A stretch of 64,000 nt of DNA from an uncultured Gemmatimonadales bacterium (GTDB taxonomy: Bacteria; Gemmatimonadota; Gemmatimonadetes; Longimicrobiales; Gaopeijiaceae), in NCBI GenBank assembly GCA_963823035.1, contig CAWGKG010000017.1:1-64000 (forward strand), written 5' to 3'. How positions within the stretch are numbered: the stretch's first letter is position 1; every line of letters starts with the position of its first letter. Of this stretch, positions 42,921 through 52,768 are shown one piece after another. The notes beneath the pieces were generated by a model that searched no databases, was not told where the DNA came from, and saw only the letters and a program-made list of their open reading frames with translations. Both the position numbers and the translations under genes were made by a program.

Positions 42921-45113
42921 ATGCGCACCGAGCCCCGCCTTCACCTGAACGAGCGCTTCACCCATCTCGTCCATGGCGTGGAAGCGGTCGTGCTCGTGGA
43001 GGACGAGGACGCCTTCCTGCTCGACGACGAGGTGACCTCGTCGGTCGTCCGCCTCCTCGACGGCCGACGCACCGCGGTCGACGTCGCGGCCGCGCTCGAG
43101 GGCGTCCACCCCGCGGCCGAGGTGCACTTCGTGCTCCTCAAGCTCCTGGAGGCCGGGTGGGTCCACGAGGGGGATCCGCGGCCGGACACCTCCGGCGAGG
43201 GCCCGCTCGGGACCCCCCTCGCCACCCGCCTGGCCCGCCTGTGGGCAGGACGCCAATCTCCCGTGGTCGTCGTCCCGCGCGCGACGTGGGTGGGCGCCGA
43301 GGGCACGCTCCTGGTCCTCACCGACGACTACCTCCGCCCGGAGCTGGCATCGGCGGCGGCGACCCTGTCGGTCGACGCGGGCCGGCCGCTGCTCCTGGCG
43401 GGTCTCGGCGCGCGTCGCGTATGGCTCGGCCCGGTGCTCGCCCCCGCGGCGAGTTGCCTCACCTGCCTGCGAGATCGGCTGATGCTGAACCTGAGCGGCC
43501 GGGGCCTGCTGCACGCCGGGACCGCGTCCGACGGGACCGGCTTCGAGGTGGTGCCCCTGCCCTCGGCGATCCCGGACGTCGCCTTCGATCGCGTGGCGGA
43601 GCACGTGGGCGACCCTGCCACGCTCGCCGCGGTCGAGGACCACCTCCTCGTGATCGGCCTCGCGAACCCGCGGGAGGTTCGCAGGCACTGGATCCCCCGC
43701 CTCCCCCACTGTGCGGCGTGCGGGAACCCCGCCCTCACCGTGCCCGGCCCCGACTTCACGCTCGTATCGCGATCGCGGGCGTCGGGCACCGGAACGGGCT
43801 ACCGGATCGTGTCACCCGAAGTGACGCTGTCACGGTACGCGCGCCTCGTCAGCCCCCTGGTCGGCGTGGTGCGGCGCGTGGAGAAGCTCCCCGTCGAGGG
43901 GACGGATCTCGTCCACGTCTACACGGCCGGCCACGCCCATCACTACGGCCCGGGGTCGGTGCGCGCCGTGAAGGACGACCGCAGGGACCACAGCGGCGGC
44001 AAAGGAAGGTCGGACGCGGCGGCCCGCGCCAGCGCGCTGGGCGAGTCGCTGGAGCGGTTCTCGAGCGTCCACCGCGGCGACGAGCATGTGACCATGGCGC
44101 GCCGGTCCCAGCTCGGCCCCGACGCCCTGACACCCAACGACCTCATGCGGTTCAGCGCCGAGCAGTTCGCCGGGCGCGAGGTCTGGAACCGGGAGTCGAG
44201 GAGCGGCTTCCACTTCGTTCCGGAGCCGTACGACAACGAGGTGATCGCCTGGTCATGGGCGCGGGACCTGGGGACCGGCCGTCTACGCGGGGTGCCGTCC
44301 GCGTTCCTCTACCACGGATTCGGGGGCCGAGGCGCTCGCTTCTGTGACGCAGACTCCAACGGCCTGGCGGGTGGCAACTGCCTGGAGGAAGCGATCCTCC
44401 AGGGCTTCCTGGAGGTGGCGGAGCGGGACGCGGTCGCCCTGTGGTGGTACAACCGGGCGCCCCGACCCGAGGTCTCCCTCGAGGTGGACGATCCGTGGGT
44501 CCGCGATCTGGTGGCCTTCTACGGCCGCCTCGATCGGGACGTGTGGGCGCTCGACCTGACCACGGACCTCGGCATTCCGACCTATGCCGCCGTGTCTGCG
44601 CTCCGTCGCGATACGGGGCAGGACATCATCTTCGGGTTCGGGTCGCATCTCGACCCGCGCATCGCGCTGACCCGGGCGCTCGCGGAGGTGAACCAGATGC
44701 TGCCCCACGTGCTTCGCACCCCCGATGAGCGCCGTCGCCGGCTGCTCCCCGACTTCGAGGACGCCGTGCGTTGGTGGGACGAGGCGACGCTGGTGGACGA
44801 ACCGTACCTCCTTCCGGCCCGGCTCGCCCCGCGTTGGCCGGTCCTGCCCTCCGGCCGCAGCCTCGAGGGTGACCTCCGCGAGGACATCAACGCCTGCGTG
44901 GATCGCGCCGCGGCGGTCGGGTGTGACGTGCTCGTACACGACATGACGCGGCCCGACGTCCGTTTCCCCGTGGTGAAGGTCATCGTGCCCGGACTCCGCC
45001 ACTTCTGGCGCCGCCTCGGTCCGGGCCGTCTCTACGACGTTCCCCTTCGACTCGGATGGGTGGAGCGGGCGCCCGAGGAGGACGAGATGAATCCCCGCTC
45101 CATCTTCGTCTGA
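42921..45113 (+). CDS. Fused RRE / E1-like / YcaO cyclodehydratase (TOMM C-D fusion)
   Basis: RRE-like RLLDGRRT; LTDDYL, WLGP, CLTC and CAAC; YcaO motifs SGGKG, ALGESLER, SNGLAGG, EEAILQGFLEVAERD, PVVKVIVPGL, EMNP. Confidence 0.93.
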   Translation: MRTEPRLHLNERFTHLVHGVEAVVLVEDEDAFLLDDEVTSSVVRLLDGRRTAVDVAAALEGVHPAAEVHFVLLKLLEAGWVHEGDPRPDTSGEGPLGTPLATRLARLWAGRQSPVVVVPRATWVGAEGTLLVLTDDYLRPELASAAATLSVDAGRPLLLAGLGARRVWLGPVLAPAASCLTCLRDRLMLNLSGRGLLHAGTASDGTGFEVVPLPSAIPDVAFDRVAEHVGDPATLAAVEDHLLVIGLANPREVRRHWIPRLPHCAACGNPALTVPGPDFTLVSRSRASGTGTGYRIVSPEVTLSRYARLVSPLVGVVRRVEKLPVEGTDLVHVYTAGHAHHYGPGSVRAVKDDRRDHSGGKGRSDAAARASALGESLERFSSVHRGDEHVTMARRSQLGPDALTPNDLMRFSAEQFAGREVWNRESRSGFHFVPEPYDNEVIAWSWARDLGTGRLRGVPSAFLYHGFGGRGARFCDADSNGLAGGNCLEEAILQGFLEVAERDAVALWWYNRAPRPEVSLEVDDPWVRDLVAFYGRLDRDVWALDLTTDLGIPTYAAVSALRRDTGQDIIFGFGSHLDPRIALTRALAEVNQMLPHVLRTPDERRRRLLPDFEDAVRWWDEATLVDEPYLLPARLAPRWPVLPSGRSLEGDLREDINACVDRAAAVGCDVLVHDMTRPDVRFPVVKVIVPGLRHFWRRLGPGRLYDVPLRLGWVERAPEEDEMNPRSIFV

Positions 45114-45240
45114 GGAAGGCGGCTCGTCGTTGTAGCCTACGTTCCGCACTCCTATCTTGCGCGCTGGATCCCTCGACAGCGCGCCTGCGCGGCGCCGAGC
45201 GGCGCGGCGCCCGCGGAGGGTCCACACGGGGGGGGCACAC

Positions 45241-45921
45241 ATGCAGCCAGATCATCGAGCAGCGGGCCAGACCGCCACCGTCTGGGTCGTCGAGGACAAC
45301 GACGAATTCCGGTCGACCGTCCAGGACCTGGTCGACCTCACGGACGGCTTCAGCGCTCCGCAGGCGTTCTCGTCGGGCGAGGATCTGTTCGCGTACCTGA
45401 ACCAGCATCTCGCCCCCGACGCACTCCTCGTGGACATCGGCCTCCCCGAGATGGACGGCCTCGAGGTCGCGCGGCGCATGAACCGCCTCGCACCCGACAC
45501 GCGTGTAGTGATGCTCACGATCCACGAGGACAACGACCTCATCTTCCAGGCCATCTGCAACGGCGCGTCCGGCTACCTGCTCAAGACGGCCGATTCCTCC
45601 GCCATCGTGCAGGCGCTTCGCGAGGCCCTGCAGGGTGGGGCGCCGATGACTCCCCAGATCGCGCGCCGCGTCCTGAACTTCTTCACGCAGATGCGTGCCC
45701 CCGCGTGGGACTACGAGCTCACGGATCGAGAGCGCGACGTGCTTCGCGAGCTGATCGAGGGCAAGACGAAGCGGCAGATGGGCAAGTCGCTGTTCTTGAG
45801 TGAGCACACCGTGGACAGCCATCTGCGCAACATCTATACGAAACTGCACGTGCATTCCCGCACGGAGGCGGTGGTGAAGGCCATCAAGGAGAACCTCGTC
45901 TCCCTCGATGGCGACGGCTGA
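45241..45921 (+). CDS. NarL/LuxR-family response regulator
   Basis: VVEDN, LVDIGLPEMDG, MLT, GASGYLLK; HTH LTDRERDVL..TVDSHLRNIYTKLHV. Confidence 0.93.
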   Translation: MQPDHRAAGQTATVWVVEDNDEFRSTVQDLVDLTDGFSAPQAFSSGEDLFAYLNQHLAPDALLVDIGLPEMDGLEVARRMNRLAPDTRVVMLTIHEDNDLIFQAICNGASGYLLKTADSSAIVQALREALQGGAPMTPQIARRVLNFFTQMRAPAWDYELTDRERDVLRELIEGKTKRQMGKSLFLSEHTVDSHLRNIYTKLHVHSRTEAVVKAIKENLVSLDGDG

Positions 45922-45959
45922 GGCCAACCCCGACCGTACGACAAGGAGGAGGGCCATGG

Positions 45960-47270
45960 GTGGCGATCCCTGCGGGCCGGCGAACTGTGAACTGGCGGCA
46001 CCGGCCCCTCGCCTGGTGCATTCCTGCGGGCGTCCTGAACTCGCTCTGGAGCGACTTCTTCCCTCGTCTGGTGGCGGTCGCCTGGCACGACGCGATGCTA
46101 CCCGGGCCCGCTGCGAAGTACCTCGTGCCCGGCGACCCTCCGCCCCTGCAGGGGGGCACGACGGGCACGGGCCTGCTCGACCTCCTGCTATGGCTCAGGG
46201 GGAAGATGGCGGCGAACCTGCCGCCCGGTCAGAACACCCCCGACTTCATCAAGCGCAGGCTGGACGCGGTCATCAAGTTCTTCTGGGCCCACGAGGCCGA
46301 GACGGGCAACCCGTTCCCCCTCGTGGTGGCGGGCACGGGAGGCTACGACTTCCTCCTGAGCGACTGGGGCATCGAGATGTTCATGCCCGACCCCCCACCC
46401 GATGCCCACGAGCTGCTCCGCTACTACGCCTTCCGGCAGACGGGGCGTCCTTCCCTGGGGATCCCCTCCTACCTGACCCCCAATGCCCTCTCGCTGATCT
46501 CGATCGACGCCCCCACGGGCCCCAGCCAGATCGAGGTGGACGCGGGTGCGCTCGCGCTGGTCCTGCCCGCGGAGTGCCTACCGCCGAAGCACCTCCTCGA
46601 AGGGTGGCGCATGACGTCCGACACGTGGGACGACATGAGGGAGCGGGTCAAGCAGTGGCCCCACGATTCACCGGCCCTGCCCAACCCCGAGGAGACCTCG
46701 ATCGAGACGCTCCATGTGCACTGGCAGCGCGACCACCACTGGCACGTGTGCGTGGTGACGAAGAAGAGGCCGCCCCGTGGCGATGAGCCCGACGAGCCCG
46801 CGGAGCCCTTCCGCCTCAACTTCGACGAGTACGTCTGTCTGGTGCGCAAGGCGCGGTGCTGGCAGGTGGAGGGCTCCGTGTATCGCGGTTTCGCCACGGA
46901 GCTGCCCCGTATCGTCGCCACCGCGTGGATGGAGCCGGGCGGCGTTGGTCCCTACACCACGGCGTTCAACGATCCGGGCGACCACGGTCTCAGGGAGCTG
47001 TTCCGCCAACGGCTCGAGACGATGCTCCCGCGCTACGATCAGATGGCCTTCCAGGAGTTGGGAGGGTCACCGCCGTCGCTCCCGAACGGCTCCACCGCAC
47101 CCGGGGCCCCCAGGTGGAACGAGGGGGACGTGATGATCACCGACCAGGGGTTCTACTTCCCGTCGCTGTCCACGGCACCGGACCTGGAGAGCATGTTCGA
47201 GGAGATCGCCGGGGGCCGCGCGGGCAACCCCGTCTTCACGGACAGCAGGCGGCCCGACGGCCAGAACTGA
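45960..47270 (+). CDS. Hypothetical 436-aa protein with two NHLP/BMA_0021-like precursor modules
   Basis: Strong RBS AAGGAGGAGG; internal repeat FFPRLVAVAW / ELPRIVATAW; modules end in IPSYLT and GNPVFTDS; stop overlaps the kinase ATG. Confidence 0.65.
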   Translation: MAIPAGRRTVNWRHRPLAWCIPAGVLNSLWSDFFPRLVAVAWHDAMLPGPAAKYLVPGDPPPLQGGTTGTGLLDLLLWLRGKMAANLPPGQNTPDFIKRRLDAVIKFFWAHEAETGNPFPLVVAGTGGYDFLLSDWGIEMFMPDPPPDAHELLRYYAFRQTGRPSLGIPSYLTPNALSLISIDAPTGPSQIEVDAGALALVLPAECLPPKHLLEGWRMTSDTWDDMRERVKQWPHDSPALPNPEETSIETLHVHWQRDHHWHVCVVTKKRPPRGDEPDEPAEPFRLNFDEYVCLVRKARCWQVEGSVYRGFATELPRIVATAWMEPGGVGPYTTAFNDPGDHGLRELFRQRLETMLPRYDQMAFQELGGSPPSLPNGSTAPGAPRWNEGDVMITDQGFYFPSLSTAPDLESMFEEIAGGRAGNPVFTDSRRPDGQN

Positions 47271-50200
47271 TGGCCCACCGTAGCGCCCGCGTGGCCGCCG
47301 GGATCCTCCTGGCGGCCGCTCCGTACGCGGCCGTGCCCTCACCGGCGGCGTCCCAGGCACGCTACGAGCCCGCGTTCACGGACTACGGGGCCGATCAGGG
47401 GATGTCCAACACCCGCGTGACAGCCCTCCTGCAGGACGACGCGGGATTCCTCTGGATCGGAACCCACGACGGACTTCTCCGCTTCGACGGCCGCACCTTC
47501 AAGGCGTACCGGGCACGCCTGGAAGACGCGACGTCGCTGTCGGACGACTACATCGTCGGGCTGGCCGCCGCGGACAGCGGGCGGATCTGGGTAGGCGCGC
47601 AGCGGGGGGACTCCAGCGCTTCGACCCGCTGAGCGAGGAAGTCCGGCACTACCCCCTCACCGGGCTGGGTCCCTGGCGCAAGGACGTCGCCGAGGGGGCG
47701 ACCGAAGAACGCGAGGGTCGGTGGGTGGGCGAAATCCGCGCCGTCGGCGACGGCGTGCTCGTGCTCCACACCGACGTGGGCCTGGTACGCTTCGATCCGG
47801 CCACCGGCGAAGCGACCAACGTCATGCCGGCGTGGGACGGTGCCGACCCGCTCCCTCATGCGACCGCGCTCGGCTCCATGCCCGGCGGGCGGGTCCTGGC
47901 GGCCGTGTCCGACGGTTCTCTCGCCTTGGTCGACCAGGTCGGGCGCATCTCCCGTGTCCCCCTGACGCTCGGCGATTCGGTCGGTGCCATCGAGCCGGTC
48001 GGGGATGGATACCTGGCCGCAACCTTCGGTGGAGCGGTCCTGCTCGTGTCGCCCGACCTGTCCTCGCACCGGGTGCTCTTCCAGGCCCCCGCGGGAGAGG
48101 ATCCCCTCGCGGTCGTGGCCCTTCTGGCCTTGCCGAACGGACGGGTCTGGCTCGCCACGCCACGGGGGGCCTACGTGGCCGACCGCGCGACGGGCGTCGT
48201 GCATCGCGTGGGGTACGGCGAGGGCGCCCGGGCACTTCCGGACCAGCAGGTCAGCGACCTCCTCGTCGATCGGACGGGCGTGCTCTGGCTGGGCACCTGG
48301 AACGGCCTGGCCAGCCTCCACCCCCTGAGCGGGGGCATGTCCAGGCTCTACTCCGGGTCGGACCTGAAGGGCACGGGCGTCGTCTCGATCGCCGATGCCG
48401 GAGCGGGCCGGCTATGGCTGGGAGCCTATGGGGGCGGCGTGCAGTTGCTGGAGCGCCGGGGCGGAGCCGCCCTGTCCGCTTCCAGCCCTCCCTCCATGGA
48501 TTCGCTTTCCGGCAGCTCGATCTATGCCCTCTCCGGCCACCCTGGAAGCCGCCTGTGGATCGCCGCCTACTCGGACGGTGTGTGGCTGCTGGACGGCTCC
48601 GGGCCGGCCCGACGCATCCCGATCCTGGGCCCGGACGGAGCCCCGAGGAACGAAGCCGCGTTCTCGGTCTTCGAGGATCACGCCGGCGACGTCTGGGCGG
48701 GCACCTACAAGCTGGGCCTGGTACGCCTCGACGAGGCCTCGGGGACCTTCCGACCCTATCGCGGCGCCGACCCGGCCGACTGGGACCTGGGAAGCGTCTG
48801 GATCTGGCCCATCGCCGAGGACTCGCGGGGACGCCTGTGGATCGGCGCCTTCAACGGCGGGCTGTCGGTCGTGGCGGAGGACCGCACGAGGGCGACCCTG
48901 TATCGTGCGGGCCCCGGGAGCCTGAGCGACAACCGCGTCCTTGCGGTCTTCGTGGACTCCCGGGATCGCGTGTGGGTGGGCACCGAGGGAGGCGGGCTCA
49001 ACCAGCTCGATCCCACCACCGGCACCTTCCGTGCGTGGACCACCGAGGACGGACTGCCCCACGACAACGTGGAGAGCATCGAGGAGGATCGGTTGGGACG
49101 CATGTGGATCGGGACGGGTGACGGGCTCGTGCGCTTCGACCCCGCCACCGGAGAGTTCCTGGTCTTCCGCGAGCCAGCCGGCGTGGCCGGCAACGGGTTC
49201 TACGCGAACGCCGCGCACCGGGGGCCCGACGGCACCCTCTACTTCGGGGGCGGGGCCGGGCTCACCATCGTGGACCCCGCCGCCATCGCCTCGAGTGGCA
49301 ACAAGCCTCGGGTGGCCCTCACCGCCTTCCGCATCCAGGGGCGCGACGTCCCCCTCGCCCGCGCCGCCCGCACGGACGGGCTGGTCCTCGCGCCCGACGA
49401 GAACTTCTTCGCCTTCGACTTCGCGGCGATGGACTTCGCGGACGTCTCGCAGAACCGCTACCGGTACATGCTGGAAGGGCTCGACCCCGACTGGGTGGAC
49501 GCGGGCAACACCCCGGTCGCCAACTACACGTCCGTGCCACCCGACCGGTACGTCTTCCGGGTGTCGGCCCGCAACAGCGAGGGGGTCTGGAACGAGAGCG
49601 CGATGGCGCTCCCCGTGCGCGTGCTGGCGCCCTACTACCAGACGTGGTGGTTTCGGTCGCTCGTTCTGGTGGGGGTGCTCTCGCTGGTTGTGGGATTCTA
49701 CACGTACCGACTCCGCCAGCTCGAGGCACGCCAGCGGCTGCGCCTGGAGATCGCGGGCAAGCTACACGACGACATCGGCGCCAACCTGTCGAACATCGCG
49801 CTGAAGGCGGACATGGTGCGCTCCACCTCCTCGCTGGACGATCGCCGGGCCGCCATCCTCGGCGACGTGGGGCGCCTGGCACGCGACACCGCCCACAAGG
49901 TCCGGGAGACGGTGTGGGTGGTGAACACGCGCTACGACACGCTTCCGAAGCTGGTTGGGCACATGCACGACACCGCGGACACGCTGCTGTCGGGGCACGT
50001 GGAGTATCGATTCGCGGATTCCGCGGAGAGCCCGGCCCTGCGCGTGTCGATGGAGTTCCGCCAGAACGTGTATCTGCTCTTCAAGGAAGTCGTGAACAAC
50101 GTGGTGAAACATGCGAACGCGACCCGCGTGGATATCGCGGTCTCGGTCGATCAGCGGACGCTGGCGTTCAGCGTGAAGGACGACGGCGTGGGATTCGATC

Positions 50201-50331
50201 CCGCCGAGGCCTGCAACGGCAACGGGCAGGACCTCATGCGGCGTCGCGCGTCCGCCGCGCGGGGACGGCTCGAAGTGACGAGCGCCCCCGGCCAGGGCAC
50301 GATCGTCACGTTCTCCGCCCGCACGCGCTGA
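47270..50331 (+). CDS. Sensor histidine kinase: beta-propeller (Reg_prop) + Y_Y_Y + TM + HisKA_3/HATPase (frameshift in the G-run near 47605)
   Basis: QDDAGFLWIGT-type repeats; YRYMLEGLD..YT...YVFRV; PYYQTWWF TM; LHDDIG, KEVVNN, DDGVGFD, GNG, GQGT. Confidence 0.92.
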
Positions 50332-50466
50332 GCGCCGCCGCCGTCCCTTTTCGCCGTGGAACCACGCCATGACGAGCATCGTCGGCGCGTGACGCCTTGA
50401 CGGGATTCACGGTCACGCGGGGACGTGATCTGGGTGGCGAGACCACCCGGCGGACGGCCGCCCCCG

Positions 50467-52575
50467 CTACCCCTCCGTGAGCGGCACCCCGCTCCGCCGC
50501 AGCACCGCCCTGACACGCGCTTCCAACCGGTCCGCGACGATGGGCTTGAGGAGGTAGTCGTCGGCGCCGGCCTCGAGGAGCTCGATCTCGTCCCTCGGAT
50601 TGGGGGAAGCGGTCAGCACGATGACGGGAAGGGCCTGGGTGGAGAGCGACTTGCGGATCCGCTTGAGGACCTCGTTGCCGCGCATCTGGGGCATGAAGAG
50701 GTCGAGGAGAACCAGGCAGAAGTCGTGCTCGCCGCTCTCGAGCAGCGCCAGCGCCGGCGGTCCGTCCTCCGCTTCTACGATGTGGAAGCCGATCTCCTGG
50801 AGCACAGTCCGGATGAGCAGCCGGGTGTCGGGCTCGTCCTCGACGACCAGGATGGGTCCCACCGAGGCCGCGGACGCCTCACGTTGGGGAACGAGGCCCA
50901 CCACGCGCTCCACCTCCTGGAGGGTGGTCTGCCCGCGCGCCACGCGCTCGAGGGCCACGTCCAGGAAGGTCTTCATGCCCTGCGCCCGCGCCGCCGTGTC
51001 GAGCTCGGGTCCGGTGGATACCTCGGCGATCGCGGCCAGGAGGGAGCTCTCGAGGGTCAGCACCTCCGCGAGGGGAAGCTGACCGCGGAAGCCGGTTCCG
51101 CCGCACTCGGGGCAGCCGACAGCCCGCCGGGCCGGCAAGTTGCCCACGGCCTGCGCGAGCTGCCGCTCACGAGACGGCAGGTCCGCGACCTCATGGACCT
51201 CCGTGGAGCAGGCCGTGCACAGCCGTCGAAGCAAGCGCACCGACACCACCCCGCGTAGCGATTCGGCGAGCCGTCCGGGCGCCAGCCCCATGTCGAGGAG
51301 GCGCCGGACGCCGGATACCGCGTCCGACGTGTGCACCGTGGCGAGCACGCGCCGCCCGGTCACCGCGGCCCGGAGCACGGTGCGCGCCGTGGCGAGGTCC
51401 CGGATCTCGCCGGCATGGATGAGATCCGGATCGAGTCCGAGGAGCTGCTGGAGCGCCTCGGCGTAGGAGCCCGCGCCGGGGTCGTACTGGACCTGGGTGA
51501 CGCCCGGCATCTGCACTTCGACGGGGTTCTCCAGCGAGACGACGTTCAGCCCGCGCCCCTCCGTCAGCGCCGCGTAGACCAGCGAGGTCTTTCCCGACCG
51601 GGCCGGCGCCGCGACGAGGATGAAGCCGTCCCGCTGACCGAGGAGCTCGCGGAGCTTCTTCCCCTCCGGACCGTCGAAGCCGAGCTCGTCCAGCGTCGGC
51701 CGGGCCTTGGGGTCGGTGATGCGTATGGTGACCCGCTCGCCGTCCGGCGTGGCCGTGCTCTGGAGTTGAGCCTCCAGCTCCGCCCCGCCCTTGCCGGGGA
51801 GGGAGAAGGAGCCCGAGGGTCCGTCCGTGGTCGCCGAGGGCCGCTGGGTCATGCTCTTGAGGCGCGCCACGACGCGGTTGTGGGCCTGCACGGGAAGGTC
51901 CAGGAAGTGCTGCAGCACGCCATCGATGCGGTACCGCACCCGGCCCATCTCGCGCCCGGGCTCCAGGTGGACCTCGCTGCCCCGGTACCGAACCGCCTGC
52001 TGCAGGATGATGTCCGTGAGCTTGACGACGGCGGGCGCCTCGAGCTCGAAGCGCGTGATCGCGCCCGCCCCGGCACCCTGGGTGACGAGCTGGAAGTCGG
52101 TGGAGGCCGCCTCGGTCACGAGGGTCCGCAGTGTGCTGTGCACGGAGCGCACGGGCGCGTACGCACGATCGATCGCCTGGGAGATCGCGGGCGGGCTTGC
52201 CATGAGGAAGACGGGCTGCCGGCCGGAGTTGGACACGATGTCCTGACGTGCGTCGCGGTTGGCGGGATCCGAGGTGGCCACCACCAGGTTGTTGTTGTCC
52301 AGGCTCAGCGGCAGGACTCCGTGCGTGCGCGCGATCCTCTCCGGAAGGAGCGCCACCGCCTGCGGGTCCCAGGTGGACAGATCGGCCACACCCAGCCGGA
52401 AGTGCCTGGCGACACGCTGCGCGAGCTGGTCGTCCGTAGCCTTGCACGCCGTCGCGACCACCCGCCACGCCTTGCTGAGCGTGGACAGCTCGGGGAACTG
52501 CGCGAGCCTCAGCTCCAGGCCCGCATGCGCGGCCACGTCGGTGAGCCAGTGCGAGCTGCTGGACGGTTGGGTCAT
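50467..52575 (-). CDS. GspE/PilB-family ATPase with MshEN-like N-domain and C-terminal receiver domain
   Basis: RYRIDGVL, ARSGKTS, ENPVE, GEIRD, TVHT, CTAC/CPEC; REC VVEDE, LLDLFMP, LTAS, ADDYLLKP. Confidence 0.88.
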   Translation of the reverse strand: MTQPSSSSHWLTDVAAHAGLELRLAQFPELSTLSKAWRVVATACKATDDQLAQRVARHFRLGVADLSTWDPQAVALLPERIARTHGVLPLSLDNNNLVVATSDPANRDARQDIVSNSGRQPVFLMASPPAISQAIDRAYAPVRSVHSTLRTLVTEAASTDFQLVTQGAGAGAITRFELEAPAVVKLTDIILQQAVRYRGSEVHLEPGREMGRVRYRIDGVLQHFLDLPVQAHNRVVARLKSMTQRPSATTDGPSGSFSLPGKGGAELEAQLQSTATPDGERVTIRITDPKARPTLDELGFDGPEGKKLRELLGQRDGFILVAAPARSGKTSLVYAALTEGRGLNVVSLENPVEVQMPGVTQVQYDPGAGSYAEALQQLLGLDPDLIHAGEIRDLATARTVLRAAVTGRRVLATVHTSDAVSGVRRLLDMGLAPGRLAESLRGVVSVRLLRRLCTACSTEVHEVADLPSRERQLAQAVGNLPARRAVGCPECGGTGFRGQLPLAEVLTLESSLLAAIAEVSTGPELDTAARAQGMKTFLDVALERVARGQTTLQEVERVVGLVPQREASAASVGPILVVEDEPDTRLLIRTVLQEIGFHIVEAEDGPPALALLESGEHDFCLVLLDLFMPQMRGNEVLKRIRKSLSTQALPVIVLTASPNPRDEIELLEAGADDYLLKPIVADRLEARVRAVLRRSGVPLTEG

Positions 52576-52768
52576 CGGGCGGAGCTCTCTGCGGGCTGTG
52601 ACCGGGCCGCCTCGGCGCAGTCGGGAGGGAGCCGAGCACGGATGCTGGGGTCCAAAGTAACCTCACGGCGGGGGCCCACGCACGGATCGAGCCGAGCCGA
52701 GTGCCGCCGTCCCCACGGGATTAGCTTGGAGGAAGAGCCCGCCGCTCGGGAATCCACGGAGGAGACGC

